This document shows positions 52,241 to 54,378 of a stretch of 54,378 nucleotides of DNA, piece after piece. This DNA comes from Dehalococcoidia bacterium (lineage in GTDB: Bacteria; Chloroflexota; Dehalococcoidia; Dehalococcoidales; Fen-1064): the NCBI GenBank assembly GCA_030691775.1, contig JAUYDN010000102.1, positions 1 through 54,378 on the forward strand. Reading direction: 5' to 3'. The position numbers and the translations under genes were made by a program. Position 1 is the stretch's first letter, and every line of letters starts with the position of its first letter. The notes under the pieces are model-generated. The model was not told the DNA's origin, made no database searches, and saw only the letters and a list, made by a program, of their open reading frames with translations.

Positions 52241-52432
52241 CCGATTACCAGCCATAAATAATAAACAATAAACAGTGAAATGTCAATAGTCGTGCGCAAA
52301 TATATTTTTCAGAAAAGTATATGATAGGAAAATAGATGGGCTGTTTTTCCGCATGGTCGGTGCGTGGGCAGTTGATGTTGAGCGTGGTGAAACGGAAAAG
52401 GCGGAAGATTATTTGCCTGTAAGGGATAACAG

Positions 52433-54070
52433 TTACGGGGTCGTTGCCGGCGGCTGTACCGTCTCTACCATTTTCTGTTTCTTCGGGTAGACAAAAGAGA
52501 CTACCAGCAAGACGATGCCGATGATGGCGCAGGCGAGAGTGAAGGTAAAGAGCGGCTGGGTAAGTTTGAGCATAATTGAAGACACTAATTGCTGTAACGA
52601 TGCCGGGGTTTCTCCACCCGTCATCATACCCTGTAAAAACTCGGGGCGGGTAATAATGCTTCTAATAATGAACACCCCCGCAAACTCTATAGCTCCGTAA
52701 GACAGGAACGTAATACCCAGGTCGCGGCTGGTGCCGCGCACCGACCGGTGGATGAGCACAATCAGGCCGATGATAACCAGCATCCCGATAATCAAACCCC
52801 AGTACACCATGCGGAAAAACTTGATTACCGTAATTAGCATAGCCAACTGTTCCACGAGCGTCTGTTGACCATTTTCGCCTAACTGTGTGATTGACATCGT
52901 GTTGGCTCTGGACCTGGCATCCCGAAAAGCGACGTCCACCTCGTTGATGTTGCCACGCATGTCCCTGAGACTATCCTGCATTGAACCGAGTGCCTTGGTA
53001 ATTGTTTGTGGAATACCCGTGCCGAACATACTGGAATCGATACTGAAGCTGGCAGGAATGCTACCCGCGGCAGACGCCCAGAAAGTCTCAAATGCTTGGT
53101 CGACCAGTGCCTGTGGTGCGCTGACAAGTTCAGGTGGTAACTGGCGCATAAAAGCCTGCCTGATGATGGTCTTGACCTGGGGCATCGCCGGCGATAGTGA
53201 GATGTTGACACTGAAACTCGGGCGGATACCGAGTAACCAGTCCGCCATCGGGTCCGCCGCCGAAACTAACCCCTGCTTGAATGCCGGTTCCAGTGCTGTG
53301 ATTATCTGGTCGATTTCTGTGCGTGCCAACCCCACCCCCGCCGGTAACTGGATATCCAGCTGGTCGGTGAGCATATCGCGGGCTAAAGTCTTGATATCCA
53401 GCGCATCGATAAGTGCGGTCACGAAATCACGGTTGAGGACGGTCTGCCGCATCGTGGTCTTTAAGTCAATCGTCTGTGTTTTCCCCAGCAGATAATTGAA
53501 AACGGGACCGGAGGCAGTCACCACCTGTTTCTTGATGGTCGGCTCCAGTTTATCCACGGTTGCGAATAACGACTTTGTAAGCGCGTCACCTTCACCGCCT
53601 GGCGACTGCTCCTGCATTAACTGGTTGATTATTTGTGAAAGGTCGATGCTGTTCAGGACGGACTCGATGAAAGGCGGATTCATAAAAGTATCGCCCAGGG
53701 TCTTCTTGAAATCGGGCGCATTTGATTTGCCCAGCAGATAGGCATAGGCATCTTTAATCGCCAGGTTGATTTTCTCCTTCAATACCGGCTCGATTTTATC
53801 AAGCGCGGAGATGACGGCATTCACCAATTCCGGTGGAGGACCTTCGTCTTGAGACTGCTGTTTCAGCATTTCTTGCGCCAGGTCCGAGAAATCAATTTCG
53901 TTGATGACACCGGTGATGAAGTTGGGGTTGAGCGCGATTTGATTGACAGTGAACGCAATTCCAAACACGGTGAGCAGGATGAAAAGAATGAAGCTGAGCA
54001 GACCGATGGCAAGACCTTTGAGGAATCCCATATTGAGTGCGATTATAGGCGAACCAGTGATGAAAGTCAA
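52433..54070 (-). CDS. Hypothetical integral membrane protein, 545 aa
   Basis: An N-terminal TM (LAIGLLSFILFILLTVFGIAF) is followed by a soluble region of about 380 aa with internally repetitive helical segments. Three C-terminal TMs close the protein. No family was recognised. Confidence 0.6.
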   Translation of the reverse strand: MTFITGSPIIALNMGFLKGLAIGLLSFILFILLTVFGIAFTVNQIALNPNFITGVINEIDFSDLAQEMLKQQSQDEGPPPELVNAVISALDKIEPVLKEKINLAIKDAYAYLLGKSNAPDFKKTLGDTFMNPPFIESVLNSIDLSQIINQLMQEQSPGGEGDALTKSLFATVDKLEPTIKKQVVTASGPVFNYLLGKTQTIDLKTTMRQTVLNRDFVTALIDALDIKTLARDMLTDQLDIQLPAGVGLARTEIDQIITALEPAFKQGLVSAADPMADWLLGIRPSFSVNISLSPAMPQVKTIIRQAFMRQLPPELVSAPQALVDQAFETFWASAAGSIPASFSIDSSMFGTGIPQTITKALGSMQDSLRDMRGNINEVDVAFRDARSRANTMSITQLGENGQQTLVEQLAMLITVIKFFRMVYWGLIIGMLVIIGLIVLIHRSVRGTSRDLGITFLSYGAIEFAGVFIIRSIITRPEFLQGMMTGGETPASLQQLVSSIMLKLTQPLFTFTLACAIIGIVLLVVSFVYPKKQKMVETVQPPATTP

Positions 54071-54178
54071 TAGCTTTCCCCACCCCCGACTGCCCTCCTC
54101 CCAAATTCTAATATCTAAATTCTAAACTCTAAATGATTGCCCGCGATATGAGGCACCACCGAACAGTGAGAGCGGTTT

Positions 54179-54228
54179 GTCATTCTGGAGTCCCGATGAA
54201 ATCGGGCGAAGAATCTCAGGGTGGGGTG
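54179..54228 (+). repeat. Short forward unit of the hairpin-repeat family
   Basis: GTCATTCTGGAG-TCCCGATGAAATCGGG-CGAAGAATCTCAGGGTGGGGTG. Confidence 0.7.
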
Positions 54229-54261
54229 TCAATGATAAACGATGATATAATTGAGCTGTAA

Positions 54262-54378
54262 ATGAAAGACTACTACCTGATTCTCGCCGTATCTGAAAAC
54301 GCCACCCCTGAGGAAATTAAAACTGCCTATCGTAAGCTCGCTTTCCAGTACCATCCGGATGTCAACCCCGGCAACGAG
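54262..54378 (+). CDS. J-domain (DnaJ/CbpA-type) protein, N-terminal 39 codons (3' end outside the window)
   Basis: [39 protein letters not shown] contains the HPD motif. The frame is open to the window edge. Confidence 0.8.
   Translation, partial: MKDYYLILAVSENATPEEIKTAYRKLAFQYHPDVNPGNE

Overview
This is a 54.4-kb bacterial chromosomal window. Taxonomy cannot be established from the sequence alone. The lipoprotein with a Thr/Pro-rich linker, the short EF-Ts, the NrpR-type regulator and the abundant GTCATTCTGGAG-type hairpin repeats are reminiscent of Chloroflexota, but that is a guess.

Layout:
(1) 1-4586: AmmeMemoRadiSam genes with a Memo/AMMECR1 fusion, a nitroreductase, and an enoyl-CoA hydratase, separated by about 1 kb of hairpin-rich non-coding DNA.
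(2) About 4.6-21.3 kb: a visibly more AT-rich integrative element. It carries higBA, a large serine recombinase plus a remnant of a second one, a short tyrosine recombinase, an AbrB-type regulator, a Prim-Pol/P-loop replicase and a C2H2 zinc-finger orphan. It also carries a tightly packed minus-strand operon: RHH/coiled-coil protein, tiny acidic ORF, FCS-type zinc protein, PLD-SNF2 helicase-nuclease (1062 aa) and a PglX/Eco57I-like N6-adenine methyltransferase (1061 aa). This operon is my best candidate for an undescribed defence-type system.
(3) 21.4-32.6 kb: a TetR-led cluster with two Opp/Dpp-type permeases, a substrate-binding lipoprotein and no ATPases. It also holds family III CoA-transferases (two intact, one truncated), two biotin-independent carboxyltransferases and a VOC/epimerase-like protein.
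(4) 32.6-35.8 kb: a low-coding patch with an orphan ssb, small ORFs, a zinc-ribbon protein and protein-level conserved direct repeats.
(5) 35.8-40.0 kb: a 1377-aa double activase/dehydratase-like fusion, bracketed by direct copies of a palindromic repeat.
(6) 40.4-43.8 kb: the core operon rpsB-tsf-pyrH-frr-uppS.
(7) 44.3-52.2 kb: a FAD oxidoreductase, then nrpR-like - hisF - FMN glutamate-synthase-domain protein - NuoE/NuoF-like - Fe-S protein.
(8) 52.4-54.4 kb: a large membrane protein and the start of a J-domain protein.

I found no rRNA, tRNA or CRISPR array.
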